Source of the DNA: a virus
Lineage: Duplodnaviria > Caudoviricetes
Strand: one strand, 5' to 3'
Virus record (IMG/VR): IMGVR_UViG_3300031951_000008
DNA length: 64,000 nucleotides
Shown piece after piece: positions 47,421 through 57,372 of the stretch. A program made the position numbers and the translations under genes. The number at the start of each line of letters is the position of its first letter. Position 1 is the first letter of the stretch. The notes under the pieces were generated by a model, which saw only the letters and a list, made by a program, of their open reading frames with translations, did no database searches and was not told the DNA's origin.

Positions 47421-48160
47421 TAGTCAGATATCCAACAGGTTTATATGGAGATCTGCTGCAGACCAGCCAGTCTATTACTTATACAGTAAGCAATCAAGAC
47501 CCGCCTCGAACTGATTTGATCTATGCTAAGATACCTTTGGGTGTGGTGCTAAAGCAGCGAGAGCCGAAGGATGAAGATGTTGTCGCGAGAAGGAATAAGA
47601 CTTTTGGTGATCTAATTTATACTATATCGCAGGCTTCTAGGTCATTAGAAGGGAACAATCAGTCTCAATTTGAGATAGGACAGGTATTGGAGTTCAGCGT
47701 AGAGACAGGAAAGGATGTAGATCCTATGCTGGTTAATCCGTTGATAGAGATTCAACATAATACCAATATTTTAGATCTAACTAGTCTGGGCTTAACAGAG
47801 TCAGAGCAGGGATCGTTGGCTAATATAGTATTGGCCACACAGATAAGTATCACGAATCAGCTAAACAAAATAAAGGAATTACGTTACAACGCAGAACAAG
47901 ATGTGACGACCAGCCAGAAGCAGATCAACGATTTAAGCAAGGCTATAGAATCGTTAGAGATAGCGTTGAAAAATGCCCCTGCGTATAGTAGCTTGTCGAC
48001 TGAGTTGCAAGATTTAGAGACTTTAATCGACAAGTTAAAGGGCGAAAGAGATGCTGCCTTTATTAAACGCGATGATGCTATTCAGCAGGCTAATACCTAC
48101 GCTGGTTTAGCCACAGGCCTTGCTGATGAGCTAAGAAAGGTAGGCCAGTTAGTAAAATGA
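47417..48160 (+). CDS. hypothetical protein with C-terminal coiled coil
   Basis: 247 aa ORF between gp5-like and gp25-like genes. Confidence 0.65.
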   Translation: MIVRYPTGLYGDLLQTSQSITYTVSNQDPPRTDLIYAKIPLGVVLKQREPKDEDVVARRNKTFGDLIYTISQASRSLEGNNQSQFEIGQVLEFSVETGKDVDPMLVNPLIEIQHNTNILDLTSLGLTESEQGSLANIVLATQISITNQLNKIKELRYNAEQDVTTSQKQINDLSKAIESLEIALKNAPAYSSLSTELQDLETLIDKLKGERDAAFIKRDDAIQQANTYAGLATGLADELRKVGQLVK

Positions 48161-48549
48161 GTAAGGCATTAGCTTTTGGATTTAACCCACCTTTCTTTGG
48201 AGGCCAAGAGAAAGTTTTGTCTCGTCAGGAAGATGAGCGGTTAATTAAGAACGACATATTACAATTATTGTTAACTGTTCCGGGAGAACGTGTACACCGG
48301 CCTAATTTCGGTGTGAATCTTCGCAATTTCGTCTTCGAGGCATTAACCGATCAAGATTTATTGATCCTAGAGCAAGAAATAACTGCGAAGCTAAGAACGT
48401 ACGAAGACAGGGTAACACTCGAAAATTTGGAACTAATACCGGATGAGAATAATTATGGATTGAACGTTAAACTAGTAACCAAGTTGCGGTCAGATCCGAG
48501 AATATACATTACAGTAGAGCGATTTTTCAAGGATTTAAATAATGGCTAA
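48157..48549 (+). CDS. baseplate wedge protein, T4 gp25 / GPW-like
   Basis: IKNDILQLLLTVPGERVHRPNFG...YEDRV. Confidence 0.9.
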   Translation: MSKALAFGFNPPFFGGQEKVLSRQEDERLIKNDILQLLLTVPGERVHRPNFGVNLRNFVFEALTDQDLLILEQEITAKLRTYEDRVTLENLELIPDENNYGLNVKLVTKLRSDPRIYITVERFFKDLNNG

Positions 48550-50155
48550 CGAGACCACAGATACAGCATTCGTATTGCCGCAGGAGCCAGAGCAATATGG
48601 TACTGTATTGGTTAATTCGAATTTGAGGAAAATAGACTTTAGCGGTCTTGATTTTGATACGAGTCGACAGGCTATTTTAGAATATATCGCCACATATTTT
48701 CCTAACGATTTCAATGACTTCGTAGCCAGCAACGGCATTATAATGCTGACAGAAATCGTGGCTAGTGCTACTGCTAAGCTGGCACTTAGGTCTGACTTGT
48801 TAGCTCAAGAAGCAACTTTGCCTACGGCTTTGACTGAAGAAGCAGTAGTGAACCACTTGGCATTGATTAACCAGCGTATAAAAAGACAGAGCCCTGCTAC
48901 TGTGCTTATCCAGGCTACTATCGACAGGCCTGTCAACTCTGATATCGAGATAAATCCAGGAACGAAATTCCAGGTTTCGGGGCCTGATGGTAAACCTGTA
49001 ATATATGAGATATATAAGGCACCAGGCGATTACGTTAGTAAGATGTCTATACCGGCAGGCAAAAGAGGTGTAATCCTTTATGCTATTGAAGGTGAATTTG
49101 CTCAAGCGACGACCGTTATGAGTTCAGGTGCTGCGAATCAACAAGTAATAATCACTGCCACAAACGCCTTAGAGTTTCCTATATTTATATATGCAACGTT
49201 GGGGGGAGTGGTGACAGAGTGGTACGCGATAACAGAGCCAATTGAGAGATACGGGCCTAACGATAAAGTTGTGGAAGTCAATTTTATCGAGGATAAAATT
49301 GTACTGCGGTTCGGTGATAACGTCACTGGCTCGATACCGCCCTCAGGATCGAGTATAGAAATACGCTATAGAGTAGGTGGTGGACGAAGAGGAAGACTGG
49401 CAGCCGGACAGCTAGAGACATCACTGACTTACACGCCCCTTCCTCCGGCCTCCGCTCCTATTTCCGTGCTATTCAGGAACATTAACGCCTCAGAGGGCGG
49501 ATACGATAAAGAAACGTTAGAAGAGGCCAAAAGAAGGGCTCCGAAAGATTATGCTCTGCAGAGGAGCATAGTAACGCCAGAAGATTACGCCCAAGCTGTT
49601 ACTAATTTTAGCCATCCTACCTTCGGCATAATTAAGAAGTCAATAGTCACACTCAGGTCTAGTATCAATGCTAACTTGGTAGAAATATATGTGTTGTCAG
49701 AAGGCCAAGATGGTTTGCCTGTGGCAGCAAATGAAGGCCTCAAAAGAGCATTGGCGACCTACATCGACCAATTAAATGTGGCGACTGATAGTATACAGGT
49801 TTTAGATGGTAAAATTAAGCCTGTAGATGTTGAATTAAACGTGGTCATCAATAAAAATGCAGACGCTTCTATCGTTAGGCAGAAAGTGGAGAATGCTATA
49901 ACTAGCTATTTTTCATTAAATAATTGGAATATGGGAGAGGCATTTTACACTTCTCAATTTATAGATCAGTTACAAAGCATTGATGGAATTTCATTTGTTG
50001 ACTTGTTTAGTCCTAATGATAACATATTACCAACAGGCCAGCTAGGTGACGGAGATCCACTAAAGATAGGATTTAACGAAGTTATTACACTAGGAAGCAG
50101 GAAGACGAGTTACTATTATGAGCGAACTCCACCTCCTGCCGGATACGGCAGATGA
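48542..50155 (+). CDS. baseplate wedge protein, T4 gp6 / baseplate J-like
   Basis: DFNDFVAS, LRFGDNVTGSIP, GG...ETLEEAKRRAP, SIVTPEDY. Confidence 0.9.
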   Translation: MANETTDTAFVLPQEPEQYGTVLVNSNLRKIDFSGLDFDTSRQAILEYIATYFPNDFNDFVASNGIIMLTEIVASATAKLALRSDLLAQEATLPTALTEEAVVNHLALINQRIKRQSPATVLIQATIDRPVNSDIEINPGTKFQVSGPDGKPVIYEIYKAPGDYVSKMSIPAGKRGVILYAIEGEFAQATTVMSSGAANQQVIITATNALEFPIFIYATLGGVVTEWYAITEPIERYGPNDKVVEVNFIEDKIVLRFGDNVTGSIPPSGSSIEIRYRVGGGRRGRLAAGQLETSLTYTPLPPASAPISVLFRNINASEGGYDKETLEEAKRRAPKDYALQRSIVTPEDYAQAVTNFSHPTFGIIKKSIVTLRSSINANLVEIYVLSEGQDGLPVAANEGLKRALATYIDQLNVATDSIQVLDGKIKPVDVELNVVINKNADASIVRQKVENAITSYFSLNNWNMGEAFYTSQFIDQLQSIDGISFVDLFSPNDNILPTGQLGDGDPLKIGFNEVITLGSRKTSYYYERTPPPAGYGR

Positions 50156-50576
50156 TTGGGTCGATAAATGTTGGGGCAAAACCCGCACTTTAATCGATAC
50201 TACATATTATTCTAAGCACGAACTAATGGTTAGAGCTGGCGGTTATTGTTCTTTACATTATCACAAATATAGAGCTAATAGCTTTACTGTTACTGGCGGG
50301 TGTGTAGATGTAGTTATGTTTATGGGACCTATACTAAAGAGATATAGGCTTGACAGGGACAATAATAAGCTTGTGGTTCCGTCTTTAGTGCCGCATATGT
50401 TTATGGTTGTGAAAGATGGGATCATAATAGAAGAGTATTTTAGTGATAGAAAAGAGGGAGAGGTACAGTCTAATGATATATATAGGATAATTGAAGGAGG
50501 AAGGACACAGGTTGAGGACTTTGATCATTTACCAATGTCGATTATGAAAGATAAATTATGCATGACAATAATTTAG
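50118..50576 (+). CDS. cupin-fold protein (sugar isomerase-like)
   Basis: KCWG, CSLHYH...NSFTVTGG, PHMF. Confidence 0.65.
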   Translation: MSELHLLPDTADDWVDKCWGKTRTLIDTTYYSKHELMVRAGGYCSLHYHKYRANSFTVTGGCVDVVMFMGPILKRYRLDRDNNKLVVPSLVPHMFMVVKDGIIIEEYFSDRKEGEVQSNDIYRIIEGGRTQVEDFDHLPMSIMKDKLCMTII

Positions 50577-50938
50577 TATACTGGACAGTTGTATATGACA
50601 ATAACCCAGAACAGGTGTTTTATTATGTCGACAAAAGTAAGCTACTCGCAAATGTAGAGTCTTCTCTGCATGGGTATAACTTGGAAGACAATGAGATAGT
50701 AACAGAAAGTATAGAAAAATGTATGGAGAAGATTAAAGAATATTTTAATATGCCTTGCATACCGATTTTGTTTGGTAGTATGCAGATAGTTATTAATCGT
50801 TGGAGCATGGACAAGACCTGCCCCATTCATCAAGTCTTACTTGAGGCGTATGATAAGACAACCGATGACGACTTAAAGGCCAAGATAGATAAATTATTTA
50901 ATAATTATCAGCCTGATTCGCCTGGATGTAGTTCGTGA
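50558..50938 (+). CDS. hypothetical protein
   Basis: 126 aa ORF. Confidence 0.55.
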   Translation: MHDNNLVYWTVVYDNNPEQVFYYVDKSKLLANVESSLHGYNLEDNEIVTESIEKCMEKIKEYFNMPCIPILFGSMQIVINRWSMDKTCPIHQVLLEAYDKTTDDDLKAKIDKLFNNYQPDSPGCSS

Positions 50939-51213
50939 TATAATTGTGATCTCATCTGTTCCACTATATGAGCCAGCATTTTAGCTACATCGAAATCATG
51001 TCCTTTCGAATATATATATGGCATTCCATCTTTAATCATAATTGAGAAAGCCAAGTCTGGCTGAATCTCAGTTATTACTGGTTGTAATCCATCTGAGAAG
51101 ATTTTGTATCGTTTGTCAAAGATGGCTTTGGCGTTATCTTCAGTACTGTTCTCTTGTGTGTTTGGGGGTACAGAATTGTCTGTCACTAAGTCGTCTTGTA
51201 TTGATTCTGACAT
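50908..51213 (-). CDS. hypothetical protein
   Basis: 101 aa ORF with protein-like composition. Confidence 0.6.
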   Translation of the reverse strand: MSESIQDDLVTDNSVPPNTQENSTEDNAKAIFDKRYKIFSDGLQPVITEIQPDLAFSIMIKDGMPYIYSKGHDFDVAKMLAHIVEQMRSQLYHELHPGESG

Positions 51214-51853
51214 GATTACTGAAGAAAGGCTTTGGACGGTTTATGGGTGGTGTGCTACAGCATATCTACAACACGGTATAAAAATTGCATTCCCAGCCAA
51301 TACAGACCCACGTAAAACTTATCAGTGGCGTTATCTCAATTCGTTGGTTAATAAGCTCAATGAATGGGAATTTGATGATGAAACGTCTAAGAAGTTTATA
51401 GCGATAGCTGTTAGCCAAGCAAAGCAGAAAAAGGTTCTGAACAAAGGCTTGGCTTGCTTTTTACAGAGCAACTTATTAGACATTTGCTATCGTAAACTAA
51501 CTGCACAAGCTAAGGAAGACTGCAGCAAGTTAGATGCTCTAAAACAGATGAAGACTTGGTTCGATTTACAAACTGGCGACAAAGACCCGTTGCGGTGTCT
51601 ACTTCATAGATCTAGCCCTAGGGCTTTTTCTAATATAGTAATGTGGCATCAATCTAATAGGATATCGCCATTGTTTATCGCTTTGTCTAAAAGCTGCAGT
51701 AAGGCAGTATTCCAATTACAAAGTAACGATATTGAATCTAATCTGCTGCCGAGCCTATCGACATTGTATTTGACGAGGGTTAATTTTTTATCCGAATCAA
51801 ACAATCTTAATTTCGTTTCAACACTTTTTGGCACTGACTGGAGAAGTAAATGA
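51212..51853 (+). CDS. hypothetical protein
   Basis: In-frame ATG at 51212 (MITEERL); the ORF track extends to 51104; ATGA overlap with the RNR gene. Confidence 0.6.
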   Translation: MITEERLWTVYGWCATAYLQHGIKIAFPANTDPRKTYQWRYLNSLVNKLNEWEFDDETSKKFIAIAVSQAKQKKVLNKGLACFLQSNLLDICYRKLTAQAKEDCSKLDALKQMKTWFDLQTGDKDPLRCLLHRSSPRAFSNIVMWHQSNRISPLFIALSKSCSKAVFQLQSNDIESNLLPSLSTLYLTRVNFLSESNNLNFVSTLFGTDWRSK

Positions 51854-54051
51854 CGGTTTTAGCTGCAAACGACGCTTATCAAGCGATTAGTTATAACGAG
51901 AATGCTGAGAATAGAGCCGACAGATTTAGGCTCGACAATGAATTCTTGAAGGGATTTAGAGGCAAGTCTCCAAAGTTCGGCTACAACGGCTTAGGAGAAC
52001 TTGTTTATTATCGAACATATTCGAGAACAATGCCTGATGGTCGCAAGGAGACTTTCTGCGACACGGTTCAGCGTGTAGTAGAGGGCTGCTTTGAGATCCA
52101 ACGCAGACACAGCAAGAAGATACACATACCATGGGACTACGATAAAGCTCAAAGATCAGCACAAGAGATGTTCCAAAGGATTTGGGACTTTAAGTTTTTG
52201 CCCCCAGGCCGGGGTTTATGGATGATGGGCACGGAATTTATGTGGACAAGAGGATCTGCAGCTTTGAATAACTGCGGCTTTGTCAGCACGAGCGATATTG
52301 ATACAGACCCAGCAGAGCCCTTCTGCTTCTTGATGGACATGTCGATGCTCGGCGTTGGAGTCGGATTTGATACTAAAGGGGCCAAAAAAGTAAAGGTCAA
52401 CGAACCGGCACCATTCTCACGGATTCATGTTGTCGGCGATTCACGTGAAGGTTGGGTCGAGTCTGTAAGGCAGCTTATCTTCTCATATACGACTCGATCA
52501 GAGGATGGCTTTGTAGACTTTGATTACAGCGAGATTCGTAAAGAAGGATCAGATATCAAAGGCTTTGGCGGCAAAGCATCCGGACCTAAGATTCTTCGAG
52601 AGCTTCATGGATTGATAGCGAAGCACTTAGACAAGAAAATTGGGAAGCACTTGTCAAGCGTAGACATCACCGATATTATGAATTATATCGGCAGATGCGT
52701 CGTTGCTGGCAATGTAAGGCGTACAGCGGAAATAGCATTCGGAGAAATCGACGATATGGAATATGCGTCGATGAAGAATTACAAGCGGACTCTCAAAGAT
52801 GAAGACTTAGGAGCGTTTTACGAAGTCACTGGCAATCTCTGGGCAGCAGAGCTAAACCGCAACAAGGATAATGCTTGCCCACAAGCTAAATTATCTGACT
52901 TTGAGCTAAACGGCGAGCTAAGAATACCTGAGGATAGATTGATCCCAGCCATCGAGACCTGGAATGCTGTTAATATGCAACGGTGGGCATCGAATAATTC
53001 AATCTTCGCCAAGGTTGGGATGAACTATGATGCCATAGCCGAACAAATCGCTGTCAATGGAGAACCAGGATTTATTTGGTTAGATAACGTCAGAGATTAC
53101 GGGAGAATGAAAGACGGTTATAAGCCAGGTATCGACGGAAGGGTTAAAGGTAGTAATCCTTGTGTCGAGCAAAGCTTAGAGAGCTACGAGCTTTGCAATC
53201 TTGTCGAGACTTTCCCAGCTAATCACGACGATGCAGAAGATTATATGAGGACACTCAAGTTCGCATATCTTTATGCTAAAACTGTTACGTTGCTGCCAAC
53301 TCATAACGCGAGAACTAATCAGGTCACTTTGAGAAACAGAAGAATCGGCTTGTCTCAAAGTGGTATTGCTCAGGCATTTGCTAAATTTGGTAGGAGAAAC
53401 GTTCTTAATGACTTCTGCGATGCTGGCTACAATGAAATTCGCCGTTGGGATAAGATTTATTCTGAATGGCTTTGTATCCCAACATCTATCAAAGTCACCT
53501 CTGTTAAGCCAAGTGGTACTGTAAGCTTGCTAGTAGGTGCTACTCCTGGTATTCACCATCCAGAAGCCAGACACTACTGGAGAAGGATGAGATTAGCTAA
53601 AGATAGTCCATTAGTCCCAATCTTGATCGAGGCTGGGTATCACATTGAGCCAGTTCTAAGTGATCCAGATCGTACTGTTGTTGTCAAATTCGCTATTAGT
53701 GACCCAAGAGTTCGACCAGTGGCTGATACTACTATTTGGGAGCAGATGGCAAATGCTTCAGATTACCAGTTGTTCTGGGCCGATAACCAAGTATCTTGTA
53801 CTGTCAAGTTCAAGAATAGCGAAAGAGATCAAATCGCTCTTGTGCTTGAAGCTTATGAAGACAAGCTGAAGGGTATTAGCTTCTTGCCTGCTACGGATCA
53901 CGGTTATGCACAAGCTCCTTACGAGCCGTGCACAGAACAAGAGGTTATTGAATACAACATGAAGGTCAAACCAGTTGATTATTCAAAGTATTTAGTCGAT
54001 GCCGTGGGAAGTGTTTATTGCGATAACGATTCTTGTGAAGTCCGCAAATAA
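51850..54051 (+). CDS. nrdJ: class II (adenosylcobalamin-dependent, monomeric RTPR-type) ribonucleotide reductase
   Basis: YYRTYSR, FLPPGRGLW, ALNNC, GVGVG, WASNNS, GEPG, NPCVEQ, ELCNL, RRIGLS, VKPSGTVS, C-terminal CDNDSC. Confidence 0.93.
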   Translation: MTVLAANDAYQAISYNENAENRADRFRLDNEFLKGFRGKSPKFGYNGLGELVYYRTYSRTMPDGRKETFCDTVQRVVEGCFEIQRRHSKKIHIPWDYDKAQRSAQEMFQRIWDFKFLPPGRGLWMMGTEFMWTRGSAALNNCGFVSTSDIDTDPAEPFCFLMDMSMLGVGVGFDTKGAKKVKVNEPAPFSRIHVVGDSREGWVESVRQLIFSYTTRSEDGFVDFDYSEIRKEGSDIKGFGGKASGPKILRELHGLIAKHLDKKIGKHLSSVDITDIMNYIGRCVVAGNVRRTAEIAFGEIDDMEYASMKNYKRTLKDEDLGAFYEVTGNLWAAELNRNKDNACPQAKLSDFELNGELRIPEDRLIPAIETWNAVNMQRWASNNSIFAKVGMNYDAIAEQIAVNGEPGFIWLDNVRDYGRMKDGYKPGIDGRVKGSNPCVEQSLESYELCNLVETFPANHDDAEDYMRTLKFAYLYAKTVTLLPTHNARTNQVTLRNRRIGLSQSGIAQAFAKFGRRNVLNDFCDAGYNEIRRWDKIYSEWLCIPTSIKVTSVKPSGTVSLLVGATPGIHHPEARHYWRRMRLAKDSPLVPILIEAGYHIEPVLSDPDRTVVVKFAISDPRVRPVADTTIWEQMANASDYQLFWADNQVSCTVKFKNSERDQIALVLEAYEDKLKGISFLPATDHGYAQAPYEPCTEQEVIEYNMKVKPVDYSKYLVDAVGSVYCDNDSCEVRK

Positions 54052-54073
54052 AACTCGCTCGGTATATTGTATC

Positions 54074-54110
54074 GCTTAGGCAACAAGGCATACGATCTTG
54101 TTGCCTAAGC
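54074..54110. other. perfect 14-bp inverted repeat after nrdJ
   Basis: GCTTAGGCAACAAG-gcatacgat-CTTGTTGCCTAAGC; no U-tract on either side. Confidence 0.8.
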
Positions 54111-54186
54111 AAGAGATGCTGGTGATCACTCAAAAATCCTTAGCCAGCGATTGTAATTATTATCTTCGTTATAGTATTTTAATATT

Positions 54187-55776
54187 ATGATAGCTCGCAT
54201 AGTCGATAACAAGTTCATACAGCTTCACAGTATTACTGACCATGAGGATCAGGTGTTATGGGAGGCTTTTAGTGTTTCAGAGCCCGGTACCTATATTGAC
54301 AATTCTTATTATTCTAACTGGGATGGTGTTTATCGCAAGTATAATAGAGCAAGGAAACGGCTTGCCAGGCCTTTGTTAGGCATGCTCCGTGAAGTTTGTG
54401 AAAAGCATAAATTGCCACTGTCTGTCGAAGATATACGAGATCCTTGGAAGTATACCACAGTAAAGCAAGAAGATATAGACGAGAACTTCTTAGCTAATAT
54501 TAAGTTGGAAGACTATCAGATAAATGCTATAAGGAGTTGCATTGACAATGAATGTGGAATAGTCGACGTGCCGACTGGTGGAGGTAAGGGAGAGCTAATT
54601 TGCGGCTTTTGCAAGGCTATACAATGCCCTACTCTAATATTAGCTGATCAAAGGGTCGTAGTAAAACAACTCAAAGAGAGGTTAGAACTAAGAGATATTA
54701 CTGATGATGTTGGTATATTTTATGCCGGTAAAAGGCCAGATGGGCAAGTTATAGTAGTAGGCCTAATTCAAACTTTAACGGCCAATAAAAAGCCACCAGA
54801 GCTACCAGATAGGAAAAAGGATGAGACAGATAAAGCATACAAAAAAAGACTCGACCGTTATGAAGCTTCTCTCAAAGCTTTCAAGACTAGGAAAAAGAAC
54901 GTCAAGTTCTTAAATGAGTATGTCAAGAAAGCAGAGATGATAATTGTAGATGAATGTGACAAAGCTGCAAGTGAGAGTTATAAAAACCTTTTTAGGCATT
55001 CATTTCAAGGCCGAAGACGGTATGGTTTTTCCGGAACCCCGTTTGATCCTGATAAACCTGTTAACGAGATTGTAATTAAGGAGCATCTCGGATCTATAAT
55101 ATATAAAGAGCAAAGAGAAACAATATTAAACAGAGGCCGTATAGTCCCAATTACTTATAACATGTTAGCGTTCGGATTGGAAGGCAATCCAAACGAAGGC
55201 TCAGCTTATGATATAGCTTATGATGAATGGATAATTAACAACAAGAAGTTCCATCATCTCATTTATAAGCTGTGTGCAAAGTTTAATACAGTAGGTAAGC
55301 TAATTCTCGTCGATCGCAAAAACCTCGGTTATTCGCTTAGGGATACCATACAAGAGCATGGAATTGAAGCTCACTTTATACATGGTGACACGCCTACTAA
55401 AGAGCGTGACGCTACATTGAAACGGTTTGAAAGACGGGAATTCAGCGTACTTATAGGTGGGAAGATTATTAACAGAGGTCTTGACTTAGCTGGTGGTTGT
55501 GAGGTGCTGATACTAGCTGGCAGCAATAAGGATCGATCAGATCTGCTGCAGCGGGTAGGGCGGGCTTTCAGGCGTAATGAATTAGGAAGTAGTAAAATTT
55601 ACGACTTCTTTTTCAGATGCAATAGATACCTTTACGATCACTCAAAGCAAAAGCTAAAGATTATGGTTAATAATAAGTTCGACACTAAAGTAATATTTCC
55701 AGGTGGTGTTATCGATGGATCAGAATTCATTAGTAAACGATTTAGAGTCGATAAGCGACTGCTCGGAAACAAATAA
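54187..55776 (+). CDS. SF2 DNA helicase, T4 UvsW-like
   Basis: DYQ Q-motif, PTGGGKG, IIVDECD, GFSGTP, RGLDL, LQRVGRAFR. Confidence 0.9.
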   Translation: MIARIVDNKFIQLHSITDHEDQVLWEAFSVSEPGTYIDNSYYSNWDGVYRKYNRARKRLARPLLGMLREVCEKHKLPLSVEDIRDPWKYTTVKQEDIDENFLANIKLEDYQINAIRSCIDNECGIVDVPTGGGKGELICGFCKAIQCPTLILADQRVVVKQLKERLELRDITDDVGIFYAGKRPDGQVIVVGLIQTLTANKKPPELPDRKKDETDKAYKKRLDRYEASLKAFKTRKKNVKFLNEYVKKAEMIIVDECDKAASESYKNLFRHSFQGRRRYGFSGTPFDPDKPVNEIVIKEHLGSIIYKEQRETILNRGRIVPITYNMLAFGLEGNPNEGSAYDIAYDEWIINNKKFHHLIYKLCAKFNTVGKLILVDRKNLGYSLRDTIQEHGIEAHFIHGDTPTKERDATLKRFERREFSVLIGGKIINRGLDLAGGCEVLILAGSNKDRSDLLQRVGRAFRRNELGSSKIYDFFFRCNRYLYDHSKQKLKIMVNNKFDTKVIFPGGVIDGSEFISKRFRVDKRLLGNK

Positions 55777-56683
55777 AATAGACCTAACGCCACAGGCCAG
55801 TACTAGAAAATTATACTTTATAAACGAAATAGTGGAATGGCAACTAACACAATATATATGGACCGGTTGTACTGATGTAAAACTGCGTGATGAGATAATG
55901 TCACACGCAACAGAACTAATCCGGCAGATAATAAGAAAGCAAGGTTTACATCAGATCTACCCAGGCCAGGATGAATCATCATTTGGCGACCTTTTACAAA
56001 CAGCATGGGTACAAATAGAAAGAACGTTATATAAGTATCGTGCTAGGCCGCATTGCAGGAGATGCTACAACCCAGATAGGCCTAATGACTCAGTGCTATA
56101 TAATCCAGGTGTCGTTGAATATGGTATCAAGACTATAGAAGATACTATTACAATGCATGATGGTAAGTGCCCTAAGTGTAGGTATGCTTTATACGACATA
56201 CCAATAATTAAGCCAGTGCAAGGTCTTTTTGCCGGTACAGAAACAATTCTTTATCGGGGTATGTCTAAAGTGTTTAATATGTGGTCTCAGGTCGCTAGAA
56301 CAGTAATATTAGCACATATCAAGAAAGAAGGCAGAGATAGAAAGAATTCAGGGTCATATGTCAGTCATTTAGGCAATAAGCAGAAACCAATATCTGGCAT
56401 TATAGAACGTTTCTTGAATGAATTGCGTGAAATAAATCGTTTTGACGATACGAATTTAAAAATAATAGAGGCCTTAGAGCAGATTATAAACAATGATGAA
56501 AAGCCGCATGACGGACTAATCAGCAAGCTAGTTAATCAGTCTGGATTTTCAAGGCAAGCAGTGACAAACTTCCTGAAAGTGACAAAGTTACGTAGCTTTG
56601 AGTTGACTGACTCTCCGGTTAATAGAACGATAGAGCCTAAGATAGATAATAGAAAAGCTGCCTTAGAGGTCGAAGAAGAATAA
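55703..56683 (+). CDS. sigma factor-like protein (T4 gp55-like late sigma, putative) with Zn-ribbon insertion
   Basis: Region-2-like FGDLLQTAWVQIERTLYKY and KVFNMWSQVARTVILAHIKKE, split by HCRRC...CPKC; possible C-terminal HTH (SGFSRQAVTNFL). Confidence 0.5.
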   Translation: MVLSMDQNSLVNDLESISDCSETNKIDLTPQASTRKLYFINEIVEWQLTQYIWTGCTDVKLRDEIMSHATELIRQIIRKQGLHQIYPGQDESSFGDLLQTAWVQIERTLYKYRARPHCRRCYNPDRPNDSVLYNPGVVEYGIKTIEDTITMHDGKCPKCRYALYDIPIIKPVQGLFAGTETILYRGMSKVFNMWSQVARTVILAHIKKEGRDRKNSGSYVSHLGNKQKPISGIIERFLNELREINRFDDTNLKIIEALEQIINNDEKPHDGLISKLVNQSGFSRQAVTNFLKVTKLRSFELTDSPVNRTIEPKIDNRKAALEVEEE

Positions 56684-56690
56684 CTCTATC

Positions 56691-56697
56691 AAATATA
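56691..56697 (+). promoter_or_regulatory. AAATATA candidate late-promoter element
   Basis: Intergenic, upstream of the operon leading to terminase. Confidence 0.5.
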
Positions 56698-56718
56698 TGT
56701 TATCCAAAGGAGAACAGT

Positions 56719-57372
56719 ATGAGCATTTTCGAAGACCAGTTAGAGCATTCGTTATCACAAGTAAACATTCATAGGACTTTGAATCAGCAGTTAGTTAACC
56801 TTCTAGAGGGTCAGTCTCTCGATCCAGCAGCGTTGATCGATGTGAGTTTAAATGAATGCCTCACAGAGGGGTTCGGAGAGGGCTTGAAAAATAGACTTAA
56901 AAATATGTGGTCAGATCTTGTATGGCAAAGGCCGAAAGATCAATCGAAAGTCGATAAGAGTGCCGAGCGTGCCAAAGCTAAACAAGATAAAATTTCACAG
57001 CGAGCACGACAGAAGGCAGATAGAACCGCTAGCAGAGCACAGGCAGCATATGCTAGAATGCCTGAAGATCAAAGGCGGGCTGTAGCGAAGTATGCTAACC
57101 AAAACAACCAGTTGGCAGCTTTAACTACTAAAGTTAAAGATTACTATAAAAATCAGGTAAATAATTTATCGCGTAACGCCTATCAGATGGCAGATGACTC
57201 GACATCGCAGGGTCGTAACTTGCAAACTGTGTTATCAGCTTTACATGATCGGCTAATGGCTAGCATCGAGAATTGGACCCCATCTTTGGCTAAGGCTGGA
57301 GAAAAGGGGTATACCAGACAGTCTTCCGGCTTATATAAATCAGCTGGAGGTATGAATGACTACTCAATCTAA
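56719..57372 (+). CDS. hypothetical protein
   Basis: 217 aa, AAGGAG RBS, upstream AAATATA. Confidence 0.75.
   Translation: MSIFEDQLEHSLSQVNIHRTLNQQLVNLLEGQSLDPAALIDVSLNECLTEGFGEGLKNRLKNMWSDLVWQRPKDQSKVDKSAERAKAKQDKISQRARQKADRTASRAQAAYARMPEDQRRAVAKYANQNNQLAALTTKVKDYYKNQVNNLSRNAYQMADDSTSQGRNLQTVLSALHDRLMASIENWTPSLAKAGEKGYTRQSSGLYKSAGGMNDYSI

Noticed and set aside
28932-50155. Interpreting the tail genes as an extracellular contractile injection system (eCIS/PVC)
   Set aside because: Portal, terminase, neck and replication genes in the same window show this is a complete phage.
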